Source: a virus (lineage: Duplodnaviria > Caudoviricetes). From it: DNA of 64,000 nt. The stretch lies in the IMG/VR virus record IMGVR_UViG_3300028844_006787. One strand, 5' to 3'. Within the stretch, counting starts at the first letter, position 1; each line of letters starts with the position of its first letter. Below the pieces are notes generated by a model. That model was not told where the DNA came from, searched no databases, and was given only the letters and a program-made list of their open reading frames with translations. A program made the position numbers and the translations under genes. Of this stretch, positions 17,997-27,662 are shown one piece after another.

Positions 17997-19319
17997 TTAT
18001 TTACTATTTTTCTCAAGTTCAAATTTTTTATCCCAATCAACCGTTCCATCTTCATTTATATAAGGTGGTTGTGGAACATCTACTTTATTCATGCTAAAAT
18101 ATGCAATCACTCCACCGATTAACGCAAGTGCAACAACACCCAAAACAATAAAAAGTGTATTCTTCTTCTTTTTAGGTTTTTCAACTACGGGTGGTTTTTC
18201 TTCCACAGGTTCTTCAACAGGTGGTTTTTCTTCCACAGGTTCTTCAACAGGTGGTTTCTCATCCACAGGTTCTTCAACAGGTGGTTTCTCGTCCACAGGT
18301 TCTTCAACAGGTGGTTCTTCTTTAACTGGTGTAGGAGTAGGAGTTGGTGTAGGAGTTGGTGTTGGTGTTGGAGTTGGAGTTGGCATAGGTAAATCTTTCA
18401 TTAGTTTCTCTATATCTACTACCCCGTATCCCCACGACCAATCTCTTCCAACTATTCCTTTATCGTGTGTGTATTTAAGAAGATGCTCACGAATTTGTGC
18501 GACTGTTTTACAATCATTCATACCCGTTGCTTTTTCTTGTTTACGATGCTTTGCAAGCATCAAACAAATAACACCTGTAATAAATGGACAAGCCATACTT
18601 GTTCCACTTAAACTAGCATATCCTTCGTTAAGATATGTACTATAAATATTTACTCCAGGTGCAGCCCACTCTACTCTTGGTCCTAATGAAGAGAATCTTG
18701 CTATTTTTCCGTTTTTATCATATGCAGCTATTGCAATAGTCTCAGAATAAGCAGCTGGATATCCAACTCCACCAAGTCCACTATTTCCAGCTGCACATAC
18801 TACAGGAATATTCATTTCGTATAATTTCTTGATACGGTCGTGCATTTGCTTATTTGCAGTTGGTCCACCTAAACTCATGCTTACAACATCAGGTTTCATT
18901 TCAATTGCATAATCAAGAGCATCGCATAATCCTGCGTAACTACCACTTCCATTTTTTGCAAGTGCTTTTACAGAAATGCATTTTGCTTCAGGTGCAACTC
19001 CAACCATTCCGATTCCGTTGTCTTTCGCACAAATAATTCCTGTGCAGTGAGAGTGATGCCCATTTTCATCTTCTATGGGTTCACCTTTTATGCAGTTTTT
19101 ACCAGGTATCGCATTATCACCAATATCTGGATGCACAGGGTGTCCTGTGTCAATTACCATTGCAGTTATTCCTTCACCTTTTGTGATGCTCCATGTTGCA
19201 GGAACATTTAACTGCTTTAATCCCCAATCAATTCTTTGACTCAATGAACTTAACTCTTCATTAATTTCATATTCTGGTAATGTTGTTTTTACTTTTTCAA
19301 ATCTGCGTCTTCTTTTCAT
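17997..19319 (-). CDS. Subtilisin-like S8 serine protease with Pro-rich stalk and C-terminal TM anchor
   Basis: Triad motifs VIDTG, ENGHHSHCTG, SGTSMACP; AAGN; PT repeat, (PPVEEPV[DE]EK)4, KKKK plus hydrophobic helix. Confidence 0.93.
   Translation of the reverse strand: MKRRRRFEKVKTTLPEYEINEELSSLSQRIDWGLKQLNVPATWSITKGEGITAMVIDTGHPVHPDIGDNAIPGKNCIKGEPIEDENGHHSHCTGIICAKDNGIGMVGVAPEAKCISVKALAKNGSGSYAGLCDALDYAIEMKPDVVSMSLGGPTANKQMHDRIKKLYEMNIPVVCAAGNSGLGGVGYPAAYSETIAIAAYDKNGKIARFSSLGPRVEWAAPGVNIYSTYLNEGYASLSGTSMACPFITGVICLMLAKHRKQEKATGMNDCKTVAQIREHLLKYTHDKGIVGRDWSWGYGVVDIEKLMKDLPMPTPTPTPTPTPTPTPTPTPVKEEPPVEEPVDEKPPVEEPVDEKPPVEEPVEEKPPVEEPVEEKPPVVEKPKKKKNTLFIVLGVVALALIGGVIAYFSMNKVDVPQPPYINEDGTVDWDKKFELEKNSK
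18190..18385. repeat. Coding tandem repeats: four 30-bp units plus a Pro-Thr 6-bp repeat
   Basis: ggtggttt(t/c)tc(t/a/g)tccacaggttcttcaaca x4 at 18190..18309, then the PT repeat; no spacers. Confidence 0.95.
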
Positions 19320-19335
19320 TATATTTTTCCGTAAA

Positions 19336-19367
19336 TAAAACGGGGAGGATTTCTCCTCCCCGTTTTA
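19336..19367 (-). terminator. Intrinsic, possibly bidirectional terminator after the tail fibre gene
   Basis: TAAAACGGGGAGGA-GAAA-TCCTCCCCGTTTTA, 14-bp stem, GNRA loop. Confidence 0.85.
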
Positions 19368-19381
19368 TAATAATACCAACC

Positions 19382-22300
19382 TTAACTATTGTCTTCTTCC
19401 AAGCTATTAAGTCGGATTGTAAGACTTTCAAGTGTCTTTAGAATTTTTTCTTGACTATTTTTGATGTCTGCAATGTCGTTGTGAATTGCTTTTTTCTTCA
19501 TGTCTTCTTCAATTTTCTTGAATCTTACATCACGATCAAACTCAGAGTCTTTGACTCGTTTGTTCATTTTACCATCCACATCGTTCATGCGTTTTTTCAT
19601 TGCATCTTGTTTCTTTTCAAGTTTTCTTTCAATATCACCGAAACGTTTTTTGCGTAATTTATCAACTTTATCAAGTTTCTCAATCTTCGCATCAAGTTGC
19701 TGAATAGATTTAATCATCGGAGAAATAAACTCTTCGTAACGAAGACTCATGTGAAGTTCACCTTTACCTTCATCTTCATTATCCAAAGCATGATTTGGAT
19801 CAACGAATCCACCGAAGTCTTTTCCACCAAGAACTTCTTGAACATCCTGTGCAATCAATCCGTAGTGAGTTCTTCCATGACTATTTTCAACAATCTTACC
19901 TTTTACTTCTTCTTGATTATCATCTGTATCAAGTCCGTTTGTATTTGCACGTTCTTCAACTAAAACCTTATCAGATTTATATTTGTAACTTACAGGTTTG
20001 AGTTTCTTAATGAAATCGAGACCGAGATCACTTTTCTCAATTTTAGTTTTCGCACGTCTATCAGAATAAACATCAGGAGCATTACGACACCACAATGTAT
20101 CAAAACGGTGTGCCCCGATTGGTGCTCCCAAGTCCATAACACCACTCATTGGAATCAATGCACCACCAATAAGTTTCATACTAACTGCGGAACGTGAATT
20201 TCCTTGGAAGTGTTTTTCACGATAACGATTATATGCATTTGTGTGAGTCGTACTACCATATGTATTATCACCTCTCCATGCAGCGTATTTCTTTGTGGTG
20301 TTTCTGAACCAATTTGAACTTCCTTTTTCTTCACTTACTACATGGGAAATAACAGGAACTCCGTGTGCCCTGAATATAATACTTCCGTGATTACCAGTTT
20401 TAGCATTTTGATCTACACCTTTGCGAATATTATTTGCTTCAAGAACCAAATCACCATGATTTGCAAGAAGATGCAAAGAGTTTGGTGATGAATCGGTATT
20501 CTCACGGTGAGTTCTAATTGTAGAGTGCAATCCAACGGTAGAACCTTGTTCAGTATCAATCATCAAACGATTATCAAACAAATACTTTTTCCAAGATGCA
20601 TTTCCACCTTTATGATAATGTGTATTAAAACGAACAGTACCAAGACCATCCATAATATGCTCACAATACATTTTGTTATCAGAACGATGTACATAAACTC
20701 CGTTTCCACCCCAAGTTTTTACACCCATTCCATCAATTGTTGTACTTGTCCAATTTGATGTTCCTTTGAATGTTGTGGTTGTACCACTGAAACTTACTGC
20801 ATTCAATGAAAACTTATTAACTTCAAGTGCATCTACTACAAGAGTTGCAGCCCCATTGCTTGTGTTTGTGAAGTGGTGTTTACCATTTACCGAACGATAA
20901 TGCATTTGCCCACTTGATGCCGAATAAATATCTGCACCACGTGAGAACTCAAGGTGATGAGATTCACCACTTACTCCATTATCAAGTTCAACGGGTCCAG
21001 CCATATCAAGTTTCTTGGTTTGCAACTTAGCAAAATTGAAATCTTGAAGTTCAGCAATATTAGGCATAGGACCTGCAGGACCTGCAGGACCACGATCACC
21101 TTTAGCACCGGCTGCACCAACCGAACCTGCTTGTCCACCCATTCCACCGAGTAGTTGACTTAATGTTGGAGAATCACTACATACTTCATAGAAACCAGGA
21201 AGTGTCCAATCAAGAGAAGCAGCTGGATTTGTTGAATAATACAAATAAGTTCTATGACGTTGAATACCAGTTGTACCCATTTTATAGTCTGTGTAATTTC
21301 TGATTTTCTTTCCTGTATCTATTCTATATAATCCACCACCATATGAATTTTTGTCAGGATCGTTATTCGCATGAATATATCCCACCGACAAACACCATAC
21401 ATTTTCTGGTAAGTTATTAATTGTAAAATAACTGAAATATGGATTTGTATTGTGACTATTATTACTCAAATTAAGAGTATCTGCACGACTTCCGTTGTTA
21501 CTACAACCATGATAAAAATAACCACCTGTTGCTTTTCCCACACGTTTAACATACACAACCGACATATAAGCTGCGTTCTTTTTAAGACCTGTAATGTCTT
21601 TATTCCAACCACCATCTGCATTAGATAATTTGTCGTTGTTTCGTGCTTTCCAAACTTTTGTTCTGCGACCAAATGGACCGATTTCCCATGCAATTGAGTT
21701 TTCTGCGGAAGTTCCATTTACATTAAATACTCCACCTGTGTCTTCATCAAGATACGAACCTTTTCCAGTTGCAACTTCCCATTTACGATTAGACGCAAAA
21801 TTTACATAAGATGAAGTACCAGGATCACCTTTGTCACCTTTGTCACCTTTAGCACCTTTAGCACCATCTTTTCCGGTTTGTCCGTCTCGTCCAGGAGAAC
21901 CAGCAGGTCCTTTAGGTCCGGCAGGTCCAGGAGCACCTTGTGATCCTTGAGGTCCTGCTAAACCACTTGCACCTCTTGGTCCTTGTGGTCCAACTAATCC
22001 TCCACCACCAACTCCGTTGTATGCAAAGAATACTTCTCCGTCTGTAAGTGGTGTGTCGTAAAAGCGAATATCATCAATCATACCATCAAGAGTATAACGA
22101 CCACCTTTACGAATACTACCAATTTCAATTGGATAAGTTGTATCATTAAACAAGTGCTTTGCAGTTTTATTGCTTGCACCTGAATATATTGCCAAATCAT
22201 TCAGTTCTACTTCTTTACCATTCTTGTATACGGTAAGAATTCCATTTTTAAGGCTATAAGTCATGTGTGTCCAGTTTCTTAACTCTGGATAATTTGCAGT

Positions 22301-25219
22301 ATTTTTAATGGTTTGACCATGTGAATATGCACTATAAAACTGACCACTTGCGTATATAATAAACGAATTATTTGTTCCTTTACCATTTTGAGTGTACCAT
22401 TTACTCATAATACATCCAGGACTATCTTTGTATCGTGTTCCACCTGATGTAGTATTGTAACTATTCAGATATACCCAAAACGACACACTCCAATTTCCTG
22501 TTTTAAATACATTATCAAGAATATCACCACCACTTGCAAAATCAGTTGTTTTACCAAGTTTAAATACACGACCACGTGAACCATCTGTTACAAATGGACT
22601 ACCTGTAATCGATACATTGTGAGTAAGTGACTTTCTTACAAGATACTTATTTGCTCCATACCATGATTTAATATAAAAGTTATATGAACTAAATGGATCT
22701 TTTCCGTTGTATTTGTGAATAAGTTCATTTGAACGTTTATTTGTTTGCAAATAATAAAAACGGTGACCACCCGAAATCGTTTTATAGTATACCGTGTTTT
22801 GACCACGGGGACTCAACTTACTTGGATCTTTTACAAGAATACCATAAGTTTGTACTCCTGGATTTGCGTCAATTACTTTCTTAAACTCAGACGGATTCTC
22901 CATTAAATCTTCTAGATATACAAGTTCTGCGAATCCTGATTCTTTATTTTGAACTTCCGCACGAAGAGATGCTTCTGTTACGGTTCCCTTTGGTGCATAT
23001 CCATTTAATGTTGGTCCCATACCAAGATTAGACCCCACACCAGTAACAGGTGCCATTACACTACCACTTACATAAGTAGATGGGTCCCAACGAAGAATTG
23101 GACTTGTAACTGAAACGGGTTGTCCTGAAGCACCTGCATTTCCTTGTGGTCCTGTTGGTCCTGATGGTCCTGCATCACCTGCATCACCCTTGTCACCTTT
23201 GTCTCCTTTATCACCTTTAGCACCTGCTGGTCCAACTGTTCCAACTGCACCCATAGGAGCAAACGACATAAATTTTGTTTGATTTGCTCCAACTGTATGA
23301 AAACTTGAATCAAGATGATAAGTTTTTCCTTTTCCTACCGTTACACTTCTTTTGAATGCTCCGTTTAAATAATAAGTGACTTTATCATTATCGTATGTAA
23401 TTACAAAAATATCACCTGCTTTATATGTTCCAAAAGAACCACGACTTGCACCACCTTCATAAATGTATGCTTGTCCACCACTTGTTGGATACCAAGCAAA
23501 ATCTATGCTTGTGTAACTTGCATCCTTTGATGGATCTTCATTCAAACCAATCATAATTGGTTTATTTGCTTGATTTACTGCAAAAGTAACAACTGCACCT
23601 GAATTAAATCCAACGTTAGAATACACATGGGCATTCCAAGAATTACCACCTGTGTTTTTGCTAACTACTTGCTGAGTTTCATCGAGTGTAATATAACTTG
23701 AAGTAATTTGTAAATCAAGATGTACATTAGAACTTCCATTTTTTCCGTTTGTTCCGTCTTTTCCGTCTACACCATCTTTTCCGTTTACACCATCTTTACC
23801 GGCAGTTCCTGTCGCACCCGTTGCACCTGTATCACCTTTTGGTCCCTTGAGATCTGAAGATGTGAATTCTTTACCATTCAATGAAAATCCTTTTGCTTCT
23901 ACCGTTCCTGAAAATACCACATTTCCGGTGGATGAACTAACTTTCATATCAACACTATTTCTTTCTTTATTATACACAAGAAAGTCATTGCTGAGATTGT
24001 GGTCTGCACCAACTAACCAATATTTGTCGTTTGCATTAGGATAATCAAAACGAATGTGATTATCTTTATTATCGTTTGCGGTTAAACGCATTACTGCGTG
24101 ACCATCGTCACCTGTTGGCATATTGATATGCAAACCATGTGATGGTGCGATTGTACCGATGCCGATTCTTCCGTCTTTTGTGAAAACAACACGTGTTGCA
24201 GTTTGAACATTATTTGCATTTCCGTTGTAAACATTGTTATCAAAGAATCCCAAACCTCCGTCAGGTGTACCACCAACACCAGGACCGATTCTCCAATCAC
24301 CACTTTGTCCTGATTTAACTTTTGTTAAACGAAGTGGATCTGCATCGTCTGCTCGGATGTGAATTTTTGCCTGTGGATCAGATGTACCTACACCAAAATT
24401 TCTTGAAGTGTTGATCCATGATGCTTTACTTGAATCACTTGAATCCAAACGAATTTTCTCGGTATTTTCTGTTAATCCTTTTCCTAAACTTAATACTGCT
24501 CCATCTGTTGTATTGGAAATTTTAAAATCCTGTGAGGTTGTGTTATATACTGCCACAGGAATTGTATCATTTCCACCGGAGATGTGAAGTTTATGAAGTG
24601 GAGCAGGAGTTCCTACACCAATATTTCCCGAAGCAGTTATTGTTAATACCTCTGATCCTGGATGAGCAAATACAAAAAACTTGTCGTTGTCATTTACCAA
24701 TTCAAAGTCAGCACTACCAGGAGTAGCACCATCTGTAAGACGTACTGTTGGTCTTTTGTTTTTAATATGAAGAGTTACTTCTGGAGCATCAATACCGATA
24801 CCGACATTAACATCACCCATTGCAAGTTTACCATCATTAACGACAAACGCAGAATCACCAGGATCACCTTTTTCACCCTTTTCACCGGTTAATCCAGGTG
24901 CACCATCAATACCATCCTTTCCGACAATACCATCAGAACCCTTTAGAGTTTTCAAAAAGTCTTCTGTTGTACCTGAGTTACCTGCATCTAACCATAAATC
25001 ATATGCACTTTTACCATCAGCACCGTCACCACCTGCAGGACCTTGAGGTCCTTGTGTCCCGATTTCCTTCTTTAAATCAGAAAAGGTAATCTTGCTTGTT
25101 TGACCACCTGTTCCTGCTTCTGCTCCGTTTACGACTTCCTTGTTAACTACGACAAATTCATCATCATCCGTCAAACCTTCAAGTTTAGTCAAATCACTAA
25201 TTTTTTTTCCGTCTGCCAT
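19382..25219 (-). CDS. Long tail fibre/adhesin: collagen-like segments, GNxGIGT repeats, ConA/LamG-like domains, peptidase S74 intramolecular chaperone
   Basis: N-terminal KKISDL; GKSAYDLW..EDFLKTLKG; several Gly-X-Y runs; WSVSFWVY..WTHMTY..DGMIDDIRFYDTPLT; SDRRAKTKI..LKPVSY..HYGLIAQDV..LRYEEFISPMIKSIQQL. Confidence 0.92.
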   Translation of the reverse strand: MADGKKISDLTKLEGLTDDDEFVVVNKEVVNGAEAGTGGQTSKITFSDLKKEIGTQGPQGPAGGDGADGKSAYDLWLDAGNSGTTEDFLKTLKGSDGIVGKDGIDGAPGLTGEKGEKGDPGDSAFVVNDGKLAMGDVNVGIGIDAPEVTLHIKNKRPTVRLTDGATPGSADFELVNDNDKFFVFAHPGSEVLTITASGNIGVGTPAPLHKLHISGGNDTIPVAVYNTTSQDFKISNTTDGAVLSLGKGLTENTEKIRLDSSDSSKASWINTSRNFGVGTSDPQAKIHIRADDADPLRLTKVKSGQSGDWRIGPGVGGTPDGGLGFFDNNVYNGNANNVQTATRVVFTKDGRIGIGTIAPSHGLHINMPTGDDGHAVMRLTANDNKDNHIRFDYPNANDKYWLVGADHNLSNDFLVYNKERNSVDMKVSSSTGNVVFSGTVEAKGFSLNGKEFTSSDLKGPKGDTGATGATGTAGKDGVNGKDGVDGKDGTNGKNGSSNVHLDLQITSSYITLDETQQVVSKNTGGNSWNAHVYSNVGFNSGAVVTFAVNQANKPIMIGLNEDPSKDASYTSIDFAWYPTSGGQAYIYEGGASRGSFGTYKAGDIFVITYDNDKVTYYLNGAFKRSVTVGKGKTYHLDSSFHTVGANQTKFMSFAPMGAVGTVGPAGAKGDKGDKGDKGDAGDAGPSGPTGPQGNAGASGQPVSVTSPILRWDPSTYVSGSVMAPVTGVGSNLGMGPTLNGYAPKGTVTEASLRAEVQNKESGFAELVYLEDLMENPSEFKKVIDANPGVQTYGILVKDPSKLSPRGQNTVYYKTISGGHRFYYLQTNKRSNELIHKYNGKDPFSSYNFYIKSWYGANKYLVRKSLTHNVSITGSPFVTDGSRGRVFKLGKTTDFASGGDILDNVFKTGNWSVSFWVYLNSYNTTSGGTRYKDSPGCIMSKWYTQNGKGTNNSFIIYASGQFYSAYSHGQTIKNTANYPELRNWTHMTYSLKNGILTVYKNGKEVELNDLAIYSGASNKTAKHLFNDTTYPIEIGSIRKGGRYTLDGMIDDIRFYDTPLTDGEVFFAYNGVGGGGLVGPQGPRGASGLAGPQGSQGAPGPAGPKGPAGSPGRDGQTGKDGAKGAKGDKGDKGDPGTSSYVNFASNRKWEVATGKGSYLDEDTGGVFNVNGTSAENSIAWEIGPFGRRTKVWKARNNDKLSNADGGWNKDITGLKKNAAYMSVVYVKRVGKATGGYFYHGCSNNGSRADTLNLSNNSHNTNPYFSYFTINNLPENVWCLSVGYIHANNDPDKNSYGGGLYRIDTGKKIRNYTDYKMGTTGIQRHRTYLYYSTNPAASLDWTLPGFYEVCSDSPTLSQLLGGMGGQAGSVGAAGAKGDRGPAGPAGPMPNIAELQDFNFAKLQTKKLDMAGPVELDNGVSGESHHLEFSRGADIYSASSGQMHYRSVNGKHHFTNTSNGAATLVVDALEVNKFSLNAVSFSGTTTTFKGTSNWTSTTIDGMGVKTWGGNGVYVHRSDNKMYCEHIMDGLGTVRFNTHYHKGGNASWKKYLFDNRLMIDTEQGSTVGLHSTIRTHRENTDSSPNSLHLLANHGDLVLEANNIRKGVDQNAKTGNHGSIIFRAHGVPVISHVVSEEKGSSNWFRNTTKKYAAWRGDNTYGSTTHTNAYNRYREKHFQGNSRSAVSMKLIGGALIPMSGVMDLGAPIGAHRFDTLWCRNAPDVYSDRRAKTKIEKSDLGLDFIKKLKPVSYKYKSDKVLVEERANTNGLDTDDNQEEVKGKIVENSHGRTHYGLIAQDVQEVLGGKDFGGFVDPNHALDNEDEGKGELHMSLRYEEFISPMIKSIQQLDAKIEKLDKVDKLRKKRFGDIERKLEKKQDAMKKRMNDVDGKMNKRVKDSEFDRDVRFKKIEEDMKKKAIHNDIADIKNSQEKILKTLESLTIRLNSLEEDNS

Positions 25220-25245
25220 TTTTTTACATCTCCAATGTGTTAGTA

Positions 25246-25686
25246 TTAAATTTTTTCTATATATTCAAGAGAATCAAGTTCAACGATGTTTCTTTTGAAT
25301 AACGAACCTTTTATGTTTTGCATCAAGTAACTATTTTCAATAACCCGCAACGATTTGTTACGATGCTCAAAAAGCATTTTAAATTTTTGTTGTAATGATT
25401 TTATTTGAAATAGAATTTCTCTTTGTCCTGCACCACCAATTTTTTCTACTTTATATAAGGTGTTATCTATTTTCTGAGTAGAAATTCCATCCATGTTTAT
25501 TAAAGTACAATCATCTACTTTAATATAAAAAAACATATTTTTATAGAAAACATAAAATTTATCAACGGCACTCCACGTTTTTACATCATCTGACAATGAA
25601 GCAGAAGAATAGTTTACTACTAATCTATCAGTTTCCACTTGATTATCGAATGCACGAATGCTTTTAAGTTTCCTATTTATCACCAT
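25246..25686 (-). CDS. Hypothetical protein
   Basis: 146-aa ORF preceded by a TATTTAT element. Confidence 0.7.
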   Translation of the reverse strand: MVINRKLKSIRAFDNQVETDRLVVNYSSASLSDDVKTWSAVDKFYVFYKNMFFYIKVDDCTLINMDGISTQKIDNTLYKVEKIGGAGQREILFQIKSLQQKFKMLFEHRNKSLRVIENSYLMQNIKGSLFKRNIVELDSLEYIEKI

Positions 25687-25712
25687 ATCTTTATTATAAA
25701 TAATATTTTATT

Positions 25713-26192
25713 TTATTTTTTTGTAATTTCGTTGTAAAGTTTTCTAACTTCTTCTTTAAGTTTCGTAACGACCTTGTTTTTTACTTTTTCGTCACCTGTT
25801 ACTGGTTTAATGTTCCAAAATTCAATTTTGTCAGCAAAATCTGAGTATTGCTCGTTCATAAATTCTTTTTGTTCTTTTTCACTAATTACTACGATTTTGT
25901 CACAGAAATCAAAATCTTCACGTGTAATAGCAGAATGAGTTTTAGTATAACAATCGTTTCCGTATAATAAAAAACTTTCACAGACTTGCTTTGAAAACTC
26001 ATTAATTTCTAAATCTTCGTTGATTTTTATATTGGTGCTATATGCCGCTGGGTATCTTGAACTTGGGTATCGTCCCATTCCGTGCGTGTTTAACATAAAC
26101 AAGCATTCAAGTTTTCCCAAATTATTAAAATATGCCTCTGCGAATTTACTGCGATACATATCACCATTACCAATAAAAATTACTTTCTTCAT
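25713..26192 (-). CDS. LMW protein-tyrosine phosphatase/ArsC-fold protein lacking the catalytic Cys
   Basis: KKVIFIGNGDMYRSKFAEAYFN versus canonical xLFVCxGNxxRSxxAE; ITREDFDFCDKIVVI; IEFWNI. Confidence 0.7.
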   Translation of the reverse strand: MKKVIFIGNGDMYRSKFAEAYFNNLGKLECLFMLNTHGMGRYPSSRYPAAYSTNIKINEDLEINEFSKQVCESFLLYGNDCYTKTHSAITREDFDFCDKIVVISEKEQKEFMNEQYSDFADKIEFWNIKPVTGDEKVKNKVVTKLKEEVRKLYNEITKK

Positions 26193-26232
26193 ATTATAAT
26201 AATTATAGTATATACTAGTTTTTATAATGTTT

Positions 26233-26418
26233 TTATAATAACTTGTATAGAAAATTTAGTAAAAATAATCCTGTGGAAATGTGAAGCAGTGCGTACCCAC
26301 ATAAATACACCAATAATGCAATGATCGTATATTTTAATAGTTTCTTAATCACCACTTTGTTTTTTAAGTTTAAGTCGTGCCATATCAACAACCACATTCT
26401 TAACACTTTTAAATTCAT
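26233..26418 (-). CDS. Small membrane protein (true start probably later)
   Basis: Hydrophobic C-terminal ~35 aa fill the intergenic gap. Confidence 0.4.
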   Translation of the reverse strand: MNLKVLRMWLLIWHDLNLKNKVVIKKLLKYTIIALLVYLCGYALLHISTGLFLLNFLYKLL

Positions 26419-26890
26419 CGAATGAAATCATCATCCATTTTCGTTTGTATATTAAATGATTTTCAAAGTATGTACTTGGACAAATACCATCATCGGTTTT
26501 AATTATTTTATAGTCAAATACAACGTAACTTCCTATATAACTAAATTTACACATAATCATAGGAAGTCGTCTTGCAAGAATAGCATCTTTTTCTGCCGAT
26601 GCAATCCACTCATCAAGTAATTTATTTTCTCCGTGCAGTAAATGAGAAAACTTGAAATCTTCATAATGCTTTGCTTCAATAGTAAATGGAAAATCTTTAG
26701 GAGTAATAATATCACCTGTGAGTATTTCAACTACATCTTGTCGTTCACCTTTTGCATTTTCCGCATTTTCTCCACCGAACATTGCACCTGACCTTGGCAC
26801 ACGACTAAACTTTCCTTCGAAATTTTCCTCTAGAAACTTTGCTACTTCAAGTTCCCATGCGTTTCCTTTATCTTTTGATGCAACTCCCAT
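26345..26890 (-). CDS. PD-(D/E)xK nuclease, Holliday-junction resolvase-like (T5 D14-like)
   Basis: SKDKGNAWELEVAK, RVPRSGA, GDIITP, IEAKHY. Confidence 0.8.
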   Translation of the reverse strand: MGVASKDKGNAWELEVAKFLEENFEGKFSRVPRSGAMFGGENAENAKGERQDVVEILTGDIITPKDFPFTIEAKHYEDFKFSHLLHGENKLLDEWIASAEKDAILARRLPMIMCKFSYIGSYVVFDYKIIKTDDGICPSTYFENHLIYKRKWMMISFDEFKSVKNVVVDMARLKLKKQSGD

Positions 26891-26930
26891 TATTATAATA
26901 AATATTTATCAAACTAGTTTTTATAATAAA

Positions 26931-27662
26931 TCACAGGTCTCCCCATGAATTTGTAAGATTTGCGATGTATTTTTTATTTTTAATATTTTCCAAACTAGTA
27001 ACAAAATTATTATAGTTGGATTGATATTTCATACTTGAAAATTTTGTATTCTGAATTTCAAGTTTTTCATGTTCTGAATAATTGCACATTCTTTCGTGTT
27101 CTGTGTGTTCTATTTTTCCAAGAAATTTTAATGGAATATTTTTTAATTTACATCTAAGTTTTTTAAGTCGTTCACAGAAATCAATTTCTTCGTATCCCCA
27201 TCCTTTAAACTTTTCATTGTAACCACGCACCATATTAAAGTTTTGTTTGGAACAGACAACACGACCACACATTCCAGCAGTTTCGGAAGAATACTCTACT
27301 CTTAAAACTGAATTCTCGTTTTCACTGAATTCGTTTAATACAAATTCAATGAATCCTTTTTGGGTCCTGTTGTCCGCATCCAACCAACACAATAAATTTC
27401 CACTTGAACTTTTACCAAGAGTATTTTTTGCGTGGGACATATTAAAATATTTTGGTTTGTTTGTTTTAATGTATTTTAATTCAACATTAACATCTCTGAG
27501 TTCATTTTTCACAAAATCATCTAAATCATCAGTTGAATTATAATTTAGAAGTACAAATTCTACTTCACACTTATTAGTTATGCTATTTTCTATGTTTTTA
27601 AGATATGTCTGTTTTAGATGATGAGTTCTATTCATACAACTCGTTAAAAAAGATATTTTCAT
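26931..27662 (-). CDS. GT-A glycosyltransferase (GT2/GT7-like)
   Basis: SCMNR, LDAD, GYNEKFKGWGYEEIDF. Confidence 0.85.
   Translation of the reverse strand: MKISFLTSCMNRTHHLKQTYLKNIENSITNKCEVEFVLLNYNSTDDLDDFVKNELRDVNVELKYIKTNKPKYFNMSHAKNTLGKSSSGNLLCWLDADNRTQKGFIEFVLNEFSENENSVLRVEYSSETAGMCGRVVCSKQNFNMVRGYNEKFKGWGYEEIDFCERLKKLRCKLKNIPLKFLGKIEHTEHERMCNYSEHEKLEIQNTKFSSMKYQSNYNNFVTSLENIKNKKYIANLTNSWGDL

Noticed and set aside
18190-18320. 30-bp repeats as a CRISPR array
   Set aside because: Head-to-tail with no spacers, in frame within a CDS, varying mostly at third codon positions; no cas genes.
18091-18645. 184-aa plus-strand ORF with GGFSSTGSST and GV repeats
   Set aside because: Antisense shadow of the protease Pro-rich repeats.
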